The notes beneath the pieces were generated by a model. That model was given only the letters and a program-made list of their open reading frames with translations. It searched no databases and was not told the DNA's origin. The translations under genes and the position numbers were made by a program. From an uncultured archaeon (GTDB lineage: Archaea; CAYFZR01): a stretch of DNA of 64,000 bases. The stretch spans positions 4,778 through 68,777 of the forward strand of contig CAYFZR010000018.1 in NCBI GenBank assembly GCA_964347835.1, read 5' to 3'. Of this stretch, positions 8,363-17,951 are shown piece after piece (position 1 is the stretch's first letter; each line of letters starts with the position of its first letter).

Positions 8363-9550
8363 GTGATGGACTATCCAAAGGCGGAAAAGATGATACAGCC
8401 AAGAATGACTTGTAAACTATTCGGTGCTTTAAGAGTAGTTCTCGGAATCAGAGACGCAGTGCCTTTAATCCATGCGCCCATAGGATGTGGGTATCATCTA
8501 AGATACATATTCGGTATGCGAGGAAACGTACCCATAAGAATTTACGTCACGCAAATGGATCAAAATGACGTTATATTTGGAGGAGAGAGAAAATTATTAA
8601 CTTCGTTAGAAAGCTTAGATAAAAAATTAAACCCTGATCTTATAGTGGTCTTTTCTTCTTGCGCGAGCAGCATAATAGGAGAAGATCTCGAGGCAATATC
8701 TAACCAAGCCGATGTAAAATGCGAGATTCTTACAATATCCAGCGGTGGATTTGAGGGTTCTCAAGTTGATGGTTATAGGGAGGCTTTAGAAAGAATAATC
8801 ACAAAACTGATTCCAGATACAGATGAAAAGGTTAATGCCTTTAACATAATTGGAGAATTTAGGGGCGGAGAAGATCTTAAATATCTGAAGAATATGTTCA
8901 ATAAGTTGGATTTAAGATTAAACTCTGTTTTAACCGCAAGTTCGAGTCTAAAAGAGATAAAAAGAACTTTAAAGGCGAATTTAAACATACCTGGATGTGA
9001 ATCTGCAGGAATAGACGCATGTAAATTAATGGAAAAGAGATTTGGGATTAGATACCTGAGATTACCCATGCCTATAGGAATTGGACAAACATTAGAATTT
9101 TTTGAAGGTATAGCAAATGCATTGGACAAAGAAATAAATTTAGAAAATGAAAAGAGGAGTATTTTAGAAAAATTAGAGAAATATAAGAAAAATCTAGCTG
9201 GAAAAAAAGTTTTTATTGCAAGTGGCCCTACCAGAGCCTTAGCCTATACAAGATTTCTATCAGAACTGCATATGGATCCAATTATCGTATCTATAGATCA
9301 TTCTACGGAAACAGTAGAGAGAGAACTTAAAGAAATCAATGCAGACATACTCAAAGAGCCAGATTTTGAAGAATTCATAAATGTTATAAACAAATTAGAT
9401 TTCGACATAATGATTGGAGGAATGGGGGAAATTGGAGCGAGTACTTTTATAAAAAAGCCTCTATTGGATGTTATGCATGGAAAGAAATTGACATACGGTT
9501 TTGAAGGTGCATTGAATATCGCAAGAGAGATGGCTGAGGCATTAAAATAA
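8363..9550 (+). CDS. nitrogenase component 1-type oxidoreductase (NifD/K/E/N-like; NflD/CfbD-like)
   Basis: 395-aa ORF. 'LIHAPIGCGYH', 'VIFGGERKL' and 'FSSCASSIIGEDL' follow the NifDKEN/Nfl family pattern. Confidence 0.65.
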   Translation: MMDYPKAEKMIQPRMTCKLFGALRVVLGIRDAVPLIHAPIGCGYHLRYIFGMRGNVPIRIYVTQMDQNDVIFGGERKLLTSLESLDKKLNPDLIVVFSSCASSIIGEDLEAISNQADVKCEILTISSGGFEGSQVDGYREALERIITKLIPDTDEKVNAFNIIGEFRGGEDLKYLKNMFNKLDLRLNSVLTASSSLKEIKRTLKANLNIPGCESAGIDACKLMEKRFGIRYLRLPMPIGIGQTLEFFEGIANALDKEINLENEKRSILEKLEKYKKNLAGKKVFIASGPTRALAYTRFLSELHMDPIIVSIDHSTETVERELKEINADILKEPDFEEFINVINKLDFDIMIGGMGEIGASTFIKKPLLDVMHGKKLTYGFEGALNIAREMAEALK

Positions 9551-9575
9551 ATATATACCTCCTTCTGGTTGGTTT

Positions 9576-10343
9576 TTATTTTCCTATAGGACAATCTTTT
9601 ATGCATTCGAAGCAACCGTAGAAAGAGTCTGTAATGAAAGTCTGCCAGATATTCCACAGAGTAGGACTCGAGATGAGTTTTTTGGCTTCTTCCGCACCGC
9701 TTCCATGAACTTTGAATATAAATCTTATCAAGCCTGGTAAACCGTATTCAAGGGAGCTCCGAGTACACTTTCCAACATCAATCCCCTCTAGAGATAGTGC
9801 TTGCTGTGGACAGCTTTCTATACATTTACCGCATTCGTCACATATGTCTTCTTTGATTGGCGTAGATGGTTCGAGTACTGCGTTGGTTAAAATACTGGCT
9901 AGCCTTATGAAAGGTCCAAATTCTGGTGTTATGAGAAGTGCATTCAATCCGATGGTACCTAAACCAGCGGCTACTGCAGCCTTTTTATGTGATAAATCTC
10001 CATATAATCCTTTTTTCTCTATACTCATGTCAACTGGAAGAAAAGGAGGGATAGCAACTGCCTTAAAGCCTTTTTCTTGTAAAAATCTTACTATTTTGAA
10101 GGCCAATGAATCTAAGATTTGATATACGTACATGGAATCGTACTGGGCTAAACGAACATTATTCGACGAAACTGCTTCTCTGTTTAATTTAACTCCAACA
10201 ACAACTATAGACTTCGTTTCAGGCAGGGTTTCTTCTATGCCCGCTCTAACTTCTTCAAACAGTTCATTATCCATGGATGCGATTCCTATTAAATCCGCGT
10301 TGTTTTTCTTGGAAAAAGATATCAGTTCGTTTTTAATAGACAT
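9576..10343 (-). CDS. 4Fe-4S cluster protein, epoxyqueuosine reductase (QueG)/reductive dehalogenase-like
   Basis: 255-aa ORF with Cys clusters 'CDECGKCIESCP' and 'CFECIKDCP' and an N-terminal QueG-like 'ADLIGIA' region. Confidence 0.5.
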   Translation of the reverse strand: MSIKNELISFSKKNNADLIGIASMDNELFEEVRAGIEETLPETKSIVVVGVKLNREAVSSNNVRLAQYDSMYVYQILDSLAFKIVRFLQEKGFKAVAIPPFLPVDMSIEKKGLYGDLSHKKAAVAAGLGTIGLNALLITPEFGPFIRLASILTNAVLEPSTPIKEDICDECGKCIESCPQQALSLEGIDVGKCTRSSLEYGLPGLIRFIFKVHGSGAEEAKKLISSPTLWNIWQTFITDSFYGCFECIKDCPIGK

Positions 10344-10428
10344 ATTCTACCTCCCATTACTAAACATGTCACTATTCTTAAACTTCGTTTTTATTTATTC
10401 TTTCCATGTTGTAGCGAAAAAAACTTAG

Positions 10429-11421
10429 GTGGATTTATTCATCTCCGATATTATGAAAGGAATCTACAGAATAGAACTGCCAACCCCTTTCGAGGTTGGA
10501 CCCGTAAACATCTATTTCATCGAGGGTGATATCTTATCTATCATAGATACGGGACCAGGGACTCAGATCGCTTTTACTATCTTTAAAGAAAAAATAGGAG
10601 AGATAGGCTATCAAATAAAGGATATAGGTAATGTAATAGTAACGCATGGACATTTGGATCATTACGGCATGTCGAATTTAATCGAGACTGAATCTGGTGC
10701 AAGCGTATATATGCACAGAAATGATGCAGAGATGGTTTCTGCCTTCCATGATAAAAACTCAGAAATATTTAACTTGCTTAAAAGTTCAATGTCGCTTTCA
10801 GGAGTTCCTGAAAAGATTATCCTTAGAATTATGTCTAATTTTTTATCACACGAAGATTTAGGAAAAACTCCTAAAGTAATTCGATACCTAGATGATCATG
10901 AAATCATCGATATTGGAGGGTATATGCTAAGAGTCATTCATACTCCAGGTCACTCCCCCGGTTCGATCTGCCTTCTTGAAGAGAAGAAAAAAATACTGTT
11001 CTCCGGTGATACTTTAATTAAAGATATAAGCCCAAACCCGATCTACGACATATTTGACAAAGAAAGACAGTTGGGATCTCAAGGGTTGATAGAATATCTA
11101 AAATCGCTTGAGAAAATAAAGAGATATAACGTAGATTTAGTTCTATCCGGTCATCGAGAGGTTATTAAAGATCATAAAAAAAGAATTAACGAGATAATTA
11201 AGCATCACGAGGAAAAAAAGTTGGATATACTGAATAAACTATCTGAAAAGACGAAAACAGCCTTCGAGCTTACAAGAATTGTTTATAACGACCTTCCACT
11301 ATCCGAGTTATTTCTAGGAATTGCGGAAATTGTTGGTCATCTGGAGATTCTTGAAGTTGAAAGAAAAGTCGAATCATTCAATGATGGGGGTGTAATTTAT
11401 TATAAACAAGTTTATATTTAG
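10429..11421 (+). CDS. MBL-fold metallo-hydrolase
   Basis: Contains the 'THGHLDHYG' HxHxDH motif and 'HTPGHSPGS'. The likely true start is the ATG at 10453 (MKGIYRIE). Confidence 0.8.
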   Translation: MDLFISDIMKGIYRIELPTPFEVGPVNIYFIEGDILSIIDTGPGTQIAFTIFKEKIGEIGYQIKDIGNVIVTHGHLDHYGMSNLIETESGASVYMHRNDAEMVSAFHDKNSEIFNLLKSSMSLSGVPEKIILRIMSNFLSHEDLGKTPKVIRYLDDHEIIDIGGYMLRVIHTPGHSPGSICLLEEKKKILFSGDTLIKDISPNPIYDIFDKERQLGSQGLIEYLKSLEKIKRYNVDLVLSGHREVIKDHKKRINEIIKHHEEKKLDILNKLSEKTKTAFELTRIVYNDLPLSELFLGIAEIVGHLEILEVERKVESFNDGGVIYYKQVYI

Positions 11422-11485
11422 GATTGGGATTTTAGAGTTTACGCTTTCCCGCTGACAATTTAGGTGATCAAATGATGTAGGTGCA

Positions 11486-12292
11486 ATGATGAATATAGTA
11501 AAGTATCCGGTCATTTTAATCAGATTGTCAAGATTGGGAGAATATCTACCTCAGTTGTTTTTAATATTCCTATTAATATTCCTAATTTCTCCTCAAAACC
11601 TTTTATCATACAAAACAATCGTTATTTTTTTAGCGAACTTATTCCTAACGGCCTTTACATATGCGATAAATGATGTTGAAGATGCTGAGGATGATTATCA
11701 GGACTTGAAGAAAAGAAAACGAAACATGCTAACTAACGGGATCATAAAAAAAAGAGAAGGATACATAATTAGTTTCTCCATGTTGGTCACTGGATTATTT
11801 TTTTTATCCTTATTAAATAAATTAGTTCTCATGGTAGGATTGCTATTATCGTTTAATTCATTTCTTTATTCTTGGAATCAACTCAGATTAAAATCTATAC
11901 CTCTTTTAGATCTATTCTCCCATGCTGGTTGTTTGGGTGCTCTACAATTTTTAACAACCTATCTAACGTTTAGATCTCTGGATTCTCAAATTCTACCTTT
12001 TTTAATCATAATAATTCCATTATCCTTCTCCAGTCAGATTTCTCAACAATTAAGAGATTTCAAAGTGGATAAAAAAACAAAAATAAATAACACAACTCAA
12101 TTGATAGGAAAAAAGAATTCTAAAGCATTATTTTATTTTTTCTGTTTTCTTCCGGTAATAGGGTTTACCATTTTATGCAATACATTGAATTTAAATATTT
12201 TTTTATCTCCTTTCATGTTTCCCGGTTCATTGTTTTACTTCAAAATAAGGCATCGTTCTTTGATCTCTTTCAATTATTCTAAGTTTGTTTAA
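11486..12292 (+). CDS. UbiA-family prenyltransferase
   Basis: 268-aa polytopic membrane ORF with the Asp-rich motif 'NDVEDAEDD'. Confidence 0.7.
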   Translation: MMNIVKYPVILIRLSRLGEYLPQLFLIFLLIFLISPQNLLSYKTIVIFLANLFLTAFTYAINDVEDAEDDYQDLKKRKRNMLTNGIIKKREGYIISFSMLVTGLFFLSLLNKLVLMVGLLLSFNSFLYSWNQLRLKSIPLLDLFSHAGCLGALQFLTTYLTFRSLDSQILPFLIIIIPLSFSSQISQQLRDFKVDKKTKINNTTQLIGKKNSKALFYFFCFLPVIGFTILCNTLNLNIFLSPFMFPGSLFYFKIRHRSLISFNYSKFV

Positions 12293-12327
12293 AATAGAGG
12301 TAAGGAGCCATAGATTAGTTATCTCTC

Positions 12328-13413
12328 TTATTTTAGTCTTAGTTTTATTTTTGCCACTAAACGCTCCTCTAAAATAAGTATTGAGGGTAAAACTCCCAAA
12401 GCAGCCACCATACAGTAAAAAATACCTAAGGCTATTACGTAACCCATCTGGTGCATGGTAGGCAAGTCTCCAGCTACCAACGATAAAAAGCCTGAAATGG
12501 TCATCAATGCCGTAAAAAAGATGCCCCTTCCAGTTCCAAATAGAACTCTTTCCAAGGCTTCTTCTATGGATTTTGTTTCCCTTTCTCTTCTGTATCTATG
12601 TATGACGTGTATGCCAAAATCTACTCCTAGACCAATTAGCATTGACCAAACTCCAATGGTAACCATCGATAGCTTTATTCGCATCCATCCGACAGTACCC
12701 ATTGTCCAAAAAGTGCCGAGTAAAACGGGAGTCAGCGTCAATAAACCACGCGTAATAGAAAAGAATGTCAGCATGACTACCACCAAAACACCGAAGAAGG
12801 CATAGTATGTCGTCATGCCCATATCTCTCTGCATAAATCGACGTATCTCGTAACGTATGGGGGCGGTGCCTGTTATCCCGACCTCCATGTCATGAGGTAT
12901 TGAAGTTGTTTCTACATTTCGCTGAAGAGAGTTTACCAAGCTAGCAATCTCTCTTTCATCATCGCTTATATCTCCACTAAGGGCTATGTAAGTCATGGTG
13001 TAATCGTCGTTTATCAAGGAACTGTTGGAAATTAATTTGTCTATTTTGTCTTTACTGCTGGGTACGCTTTTATACTCCCTCCAAACTATGTCAGCGATAC
13101 TCTGGGAACCTGTAATTCCCTCTTCTTCCAAACATTTACGTTCTATGAGCAGCATGGTCTCTATTACTTTTGGATCTCGAACATCAGGGGCCTGTACAAT
13201 GATATAGGTCATGTCTACGCCACCGAACTCGTATCTAACGTTTTTCATGGCTCTAATCTCTTCTATGTCAGGCATCATCTTCTCTTGGTCTGTTTCCATC
13301 TGCATGTACCTCATGCCTATAAAGCAGAAAAGCGTGAAGAACAATGCGATTATCACGATGTATTCGGGATGACTTTCATGTACTTTTGCGAACCTTTGCG
13401 ATAAGGACTCCAT
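12328..13413 (-). CDS. RND/MMPL-superfamily exporter, half-size (second half)
   Basis: 361 aa with an N-terminal TM, a ~170-aa soluble loop and a 5-TM bundle. It is homologous in layout and N-terminus to the upstream half (13376-14524) and overlaps it by 38 nt. Confidence 0.7.
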   Translation of the reverse strand: MESLSQRFAKVHESHPEYIVIIALFFTLFCFIGMRYMQMETDQEKMMPDIEEIRAMKNVRYEFGGVDMTYIIVQAPDVRDPKVIETMLLIERKCLEEEGITGSQSIADIVWREYKSVPSSKDKIDKLISNSSLINDDYTMTYIALSGDISDDEREIASLVNSLQRNVETTSIPHDMEVGITGTAPIRYEIRRFMQRDMGMTTYYAFFGVLVVVMLTFFSITRGLLTLTPVLLGTFWTMGTVGWMRIKLSMVTIGVWSMLIGLGVDFGIHVIHRYRRERETKSIEEALERVLFGTGRGIFFTALMTISGFLSLVAGDLPTMHQMGYVIALGIFYCMVAALGVLPSILILEERLVAKIKLRLK

Positions 13414-14524
13414 CCTTTACACTCTCCATCAGTTTTTCTTCTAGACAAACAAACGAGGGTAGAACGCATATGGCTCCAACTAAGCAGAAGAAAATGCCCA
13501 TAGCCAATGTGAATCCTAATCTTTGTATTCCTGGCATGGTAGCAAGCATTAAAGAGCCGAAGCCTACCATGGTAGTTACAGCAGTTGAAATGATTGCTAT
13601 TCCTGTATCTGATACCGCGATCTCAATTGCTACTTGCAGGGTTTTTCCCAGGTTTCTTTCTTCCGTAACTCGATTCATTAAGTGAACACCATAAGCGATT
13701 CCGACACCGACTATCATCGCTCCCATGCCTGCTGTTATAGTCGTTATAGGGATGCCAAGGAATCCAAGGAAGCCTAAGGTCCAGATGACTCCCATAACTA
13801 CAGGTATCAAGGTTAGAAAGCCTCTAGAAATCGAAGAGAATGCTATAACCATCAGAATAAAGATAATGAACAATCCAACGGTAGTTATAAGCCGCATGTC
13901 ATGAATCATTAGTTGTAGCATCTTTACTACCAAAATAGGCTGTCCTGTAATGCTTATCGTTACTCCAGGGGGAATCAAGGACATCTGGATGTCTTCATGG
14001 AGAGCCTCGGCAAGATCGGCAAGTGCGTATGGATTAACTCCTACATACGTCTTTACGAAAATTAGGGTCATGGTATAGTCTGAGTTTACGAAACGTTTTG
14101 CAGCAGGTTTCTTATCAATAACCTGCATGATGACTTCTTTGGGTAATAAAGGCTGCTCAAAAAAATCTGCCAAACTATTAATCTCGGTGATTTCGGGCTC
14201 CTTTTTAGCCAAATCCGTAACCTGTTTAAGGAAGTATATAAGCCATGGGTTGCGTATATCTGTTTCAGTATAATCGGTAGTTTTTTCCGGATCTAAACTT
14301 ACCAACACCATTATAACGCTTCCACCGCCAAGTTCATCTGTGAGAAGGTTTAATAGCCGAATTTCATCTATTTCTTGAGGAATATCCTTAGAAATATCAG
14401 ATTCTAGTCTAAGGTTTGATATTCCTAAAATAGCAGCGAGAGTTACGATCAGGGCTATAACAACTATAAAATAGGCTCTCTCAAATTGAAATCTTGCAAG
14501 TCTTTTTAGAGCTCTTTCAATCAT
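13376..14524 (-). CDS. RND/MMPL-superfamily exporter, half-size (first half)
   Basis: 382 aa with the same TM1 / loop / 5-TM architecture. 'GADYGIH'-like 'GIAYGVHLMNR' sits in the TM bundle. Confidence 0.7.
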   Translation of the reverse strand: MIERALKRLARFQFERAYFIVVIALIVTLAAILGISNLRLESDISKDIPQEIDEIRLLNLLTDELGGGSVIMVLVSLDPEKTTDYTETDIRNPWLIYFLKQVTDLAKKEPEITEINSLADFFEQPLLPKEVIMQVIDKKPAAKRFVNSDYTMTLIFVKTYVGVNPYALADLAEALHEDIQMSLIPPGVTISITGQPILVVKMLQLMIHDMRLITTVGLFIIFILMVIAFSSISRGFLTLIPVVMGVIWTLGFLGFLGIPITTITAGMGAMIVGVGIAYGVHLMNRVTEERNLGKTLQVAIEIAVSDTGIAIISTAVTTMVGFGSLMLATMPGIQRLGFTLAMGIFFCLVGAICVLPSFVCLEEKLMESVKDGVLIAKVRKST

Positions 14525-14533
14525 TTTAACACC

Positions 14534-14911
14534 TTAGTGAGCTATTAATACAGGTATCTTGGACTTTTGCATCACGCTGTAAGCAACGCTTCCCAAGATA
14601 ATGAGTCCTAGAGTGCTTCGACCATGGCTACCCATGACAATTAAGTCAATTTTTTTTTCTTCCGAGACTTTAAGAATAGTGGGGGCAGCCAATCCTTCTG
14701 CGCAAATTATATCGCATTCTATACCTCTTTCAGCTGCTTTTTTCTTTATGCCGCTTAAAAACAGGTCACACGCATTCATCTGCTCTTTTAACTCCGCTAC
14801 ATATATCAAAAATAATTTGGCTCCCAATTCTTTGGCCAGATATAATGCATAGTCAACTGCATTTTCTGAGGCAGGAGAGGCATCTGTAGCAGCTAAAATT
14901 TTTTTAATCAA
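14534..14911 (-). CDS. universal stress protein (UspA family)
   Basis: 125 aa. 'ILAATDASPASENAV' and 'MGSHGRSTLGLIILGSVA' match the USP ATP-binding motif. Confidence 0.8.
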   Translation of the reverse strand: MIKKILAATDASPASENAVDYALYLAKELGAKLFLIYVAELKEQMNACDLFLSGIKKKAAERGIECDIICAEGLAAPTILKVSEEKKIDLIVMGSHGRSTLGLIILGSVAYSVMQKSKIPVLIAH

Positions 14912-15731
14912 GTTTATCCTCTCTCATAGATGTGGATTCGTCCCAGAAAAGATCGAACATATTTTCTATGGTCGAAACTATACCAGAGTCATTCGTCCAA
15001 ATTCCAATAATTTCGCTCAGATCGAGTTTCTCAGCATAAGGCGAAGAAGAGACGAGAACCTCATTTCCATCCACAACGACCATCCAAGAATGAAATCCTT
15101 CATGTAACCTAATTATAATGTGATTTGGGACCGAATCCAAAGATTTCGTATAATCGTCTGGGGTGTCAGCGGTGATCTCTTTACCTATAATTTGTGTGTG
15201 CACCTCATAAGAATGAATTTTTTGACGAATGCTTTCGAATTTGGAGTCTTCTTGTCTACCAAAATATATGAAGGGAGTAGCAATTTTAACTCGTTCTCTT
15301 GCATTATCCAGCATTTCAAGAATCTTATTTACGACATTTATCTTGCCTTTGACCACCCAGACCTGCCTGCTAACAGGAAGAGTCTTGGAGTAGATGTCAT
15401 CTAAGTTTTGCGTGATTATTTCCTCTGCCTGTTGTAGTTCCCTTAAGATTTCCTGTATTGCGTTTCTAGCCGCAAATTTTGGCCTGACAGCCTTGTAGAC
15501 TATGGGTCGTCCAGGTTGGGACTCGACCCATCCTTTCTTTTCTAAATCCTTCAAAACACTATAGAGTCTAGTATAAGGGATATCTGTTACATCACTAATC
15601 TCTCTAGGAGCCATTAATCCTTTAACTACTAATATGGCGTAGGCATTGGACTCATATTCTGTTAGTCCGAATCGTTTCAAGGCCTTCATGGTCTTTTCTA
15701 ATTCAATGGTTTTTTCAGCCTCCATATTCAT
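14904..15731 (-). CDS. TrmB-family transcriptional regulator
   Basis: 275 aa with an N-terminal winged HTH 'LKRFGLTEYESNAYAILV...IPYTRLYSVLKDLEKKGWV'. It overlaps the usp gene by 8 nt. Confidence 0.8.
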   Translation of the reverse strand: MNMEAEKTIELEKTMKALKRFGLTEYESNAYAILVVKGLMAPREISDVTDIPYTRLYSVLKDLEKKGWVESQPGRPIVYKAVRPKFAARNAIQEILRELQQAEEIITQNLDDIYSKTLPVSRQVWVVKGKINVVNKILEMLDNARERVKIATPFIYFGRQEDSKFESIRQKIHSYEVHTQIIGKEITADTPDDYTKSLDSVPNHIIIRLHEGFHSWMVVVDGNEVLVSSSPYAEKLDLSEIIGIWTNDSGIVSTIENMFDLFWDESTSMREDKLD

Positions 15732-15808
15732 CTACCATTCTTGTTACTTCTTGATAATTATTGATTTAATAAAATTTTTTATAAACTTACTTTCTAAATT
15801 TTTTTAGT

Positions 15809-15826
15809 AAGATTTATATAAATCTT
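15809..15826. promoter_or_regulatory. perfect 18-bp palindrome AAGATTTATATAAATCTT centred on a TATA-like box in the divergent trmB / S-layer-like promoter region
   Basis: Read directly from the sequence. It lies ~44 nt upstream of the TTG start at 15870, and an AGGAGG sits at 15855-15860. Confidence 0.35.
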
Positions 15827-15869
15827 GCCATAGAATTTATGGGAAAAGTTACATAGGAGGCCTAAATAT

Positions 15870-17693
15870 TTGAAAAGAATATTAAGCTTGATAATCATCT
15901 TTTCTCTATTAACAAGCACTGCAATTGCGGAAAAAGAGGAAGAAGAAAAATTACCTGGCATAAAGATAGGTTCTACCTCGCTAGATCCCTCCCACATCGA
16001 TCCTGGAGACACCGTAAACCTAAACGTGCAGATAGAGAGTATTGGTGAGGGCGCTGCTTATGACGTCATCGTTTGGATTGAACCCAAAGATGCTGAGAGT
16101 GCTAAACATGCCAAGATTCTCAAATCGCGAGAAGTAATAGGATTTGCAGGAGTTGGATCAGTTTATTTTCCGATGTTTAGGATTAGGTTCGATTACGAGA
16201 CCCGTACAGGCGTATACGAATTTGACGTTTTTGCATCTTATGCTGATTACAATGGCAAGATTTCTACAGTAAAGAAGTCGGTATGGTTGCCGGTTTTTGG
16301 ACAGGCAAGGTTTGACTTGAAAGAGGTAAAAACCGTGCCGAATGATTGTGAGCCTGGAACTACCGCTACATTACACTTGACCATAAAAAATACTGGATCT
16401 TCTACCGCGAGAGATTTTCGCGCAGAATTTAATTCTCCAGCGCCGTCTGGACCATCAACGTCTGGAGCCGGAATAGGGGACATTTTGGGTAGCATATCAT
16501 TATCAAAAGAAGAACCCTGCCCGCCCTGTCCAAAAGCAAGCTTACAACTCACTTCATCAAGCCCTCAACAAAGTTCGATTTCAATTTCAGACGTAATCAA
16601 GCCACTAGGCTCTGCATCTAGATTTATTGGAACGTTGGGACCGGGGGAAGAGGCATCTATTACATTTCAATTTTTTGTGGATAACAACGCTCAGGATAAT
16701 TCTTATGTCGTACCTATCTTACTTCGATACGAAGAGGAGAGCGAGGCAGCGGTACATCAGCAAGAAGTGGTTCAGGAAGAACAATTTAGAACTGTTACGC
16801 GTACGCGACAAATAGAGAATCAGGAGCAAATAGAGATAATGCGAATAGGCATTCGCGTGAAAGGCATACCAGACCTAGCGGTTGCTAACGTAATAACCGA
16901 TCCCAAGCAAATTAGAATAGGAGATGACTACGCAACAATAGAACTTGATATAGAGAATTATGGTAAGGGTTCAGCCGAGTCTGTTAGAGCGGAATTGGTA
17001 CCTGTCTATCCTTTCAAGCCATCCTGGTCGATGACAAACATCGCAAATATAGGCCTTTTAGATTCTGGTGTTACTAAATCAGTGAGGTTTACGGTTGATG
17101 TAGCAGAGGATGCCTCCGCAGGGACGTATGAAGTACCTGTACTTTTTAAATACCAAGAAACGGATGGAACAAAGCACGAAGTAAATCGCACCGTAAATAT
17201 AATGCTCAAAGGAAAGCCAAGATTTGAATTATTTGATTTAAAAACTGATCCAGCCGAGGTTAAGGTGGGAGACAAGGTAACAATTTCTTTCAAAATAAAA
17301 AATATTGGGAGCGAGCAAGGAGAGTCTGTAGATATTCGGGTCATAAAAAAGGCTGATCAGCCTTTCGATTTTGAGGAGCGGAGCGATTTTATTGGCACCT
17401 TAGATCCTAACGAAGTAGGCGAAGGTGCGTTGACATTTACGGTTGAAGACGATGCCGAACTTAAGAAATATTTGCTCAAGATAAAGATAAATTGTGCAGG
17501 AGATAAAGAAGAAGGAGACATAAATGTTTATACATATGAAAAAACAATTCCCGTGGAAGTAATAGGGAAGGCTGTAAGAATAAGAGGTATTTTACTATTA
17601 GTACTGGTAATTCTATTGGCAGGTGGCTATGGGTATTACTATGTCCGAAAGAGAAGGGAAGAGGCGGAAACAGAATCTGAGGAAAAAGAATAG
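15870..17693 (+). CDS. secreted, C-terminally membrane-anchored CARDB/S-layer-domain (COG1361-like) repeat protein
   Basis: 607 aa with an N-terminal signal peptide 'LSLIIIFSLLTSTAIA'. It has repeated beta-sandwich-like segments ('GDTVNLNVQIESIG', 'GTTATLHLTIKNTG', 'ATIELDIENYG', 'DKVTISFKIKNIG'), a Ser/Pro linker, and a C-terminal TM plus charged tail. Confidence 0.6.
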   Translation: MKRILSLIIIFSLLTSTAIAEKEEEEKLPGIKIGSTSLDPSHIDPGDTVNLNVQIESIGEGAAYDVIVWIEPKDAESAKHAKILKSREVIGFAGVGSVYFPMFRIRFDYETRTGVYEFDVFASYADYNGKISTVKKSVWLPVFGQARFDLKEVKTVPNDCEPGTTATLHLTIKNTGSSTARDFRAEFNSPAPSGPSTSGAGIGDILGSISLSKEEPCPPCPKASLQLTSSSPQQSSISISDVIKPLGSASRFIGTLGPGEEASITFQFFVDNNAQDNSYVVPILLRYEEESEAAVHQQEVVQEEQFRTVTRTRQIENQEQIEIMRIGIRVKGIPDLAVANVITDPKQIRIGDDYATIELDIENYGKGSAESVRAELVPVYPFKPSWSMTNIANIGLLDSGVTKSVRFTVDVAEDASAGTYEVPVLFKYQETDGTKHEVNRTVNIMLKGKPRFELFDLKTDPAEVKVGDKVTISFKIKNIGSEQGESVDIRVIKKADQPFDFEERSDFIGTLDPNEVGEGALTFTVEDDAELKKYLLKIKINCAGDKEEGDINVYTYEKTIPVEVIGKAVRIRGILLLVLVILLAGGYGYYYVRKRREEAETESEEKE

Positions 17694-17703
17694 GTGAGTC
17701 GAA

Positions 17704-17895
17704 TTATTCGCTTTCCCTATCGATAATGAGTTTTCCGCCTATACCTACGTTTTCAGGAGGATTATCCTTTATTAAAACGACAAAGGCTTCTTTTGGGATG
17801 TTATAAACTTTTGTAGCCGTCTCTGTAAATGCTTCCACTAATTCCCTTTTTGATGCAACCTCTAAAGGAGGTCCTTCTATAATTATGTAAGGCAT
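17704..17895 (-). CDS. 4-oxalocrotonate tautomerase family protein
   Basis: 63 aa starting 'MPYIIIEG' (catalytic Pro1), with the beta-alpha-beta length typical of the family. Confidence 0.75.
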   Translation of the reverse strand: MPYIIIEGPPLEVASKRELVEAFTETATKVYNIPKEAFVVLIKDNPPENVGIGGKLIIDRESE

Positions 17896-17951
17896 CTATA
17901 TCACCTCTTTTTTTCTCAATTTATTTTTCATCGAGAACGTATAAAAATGAA

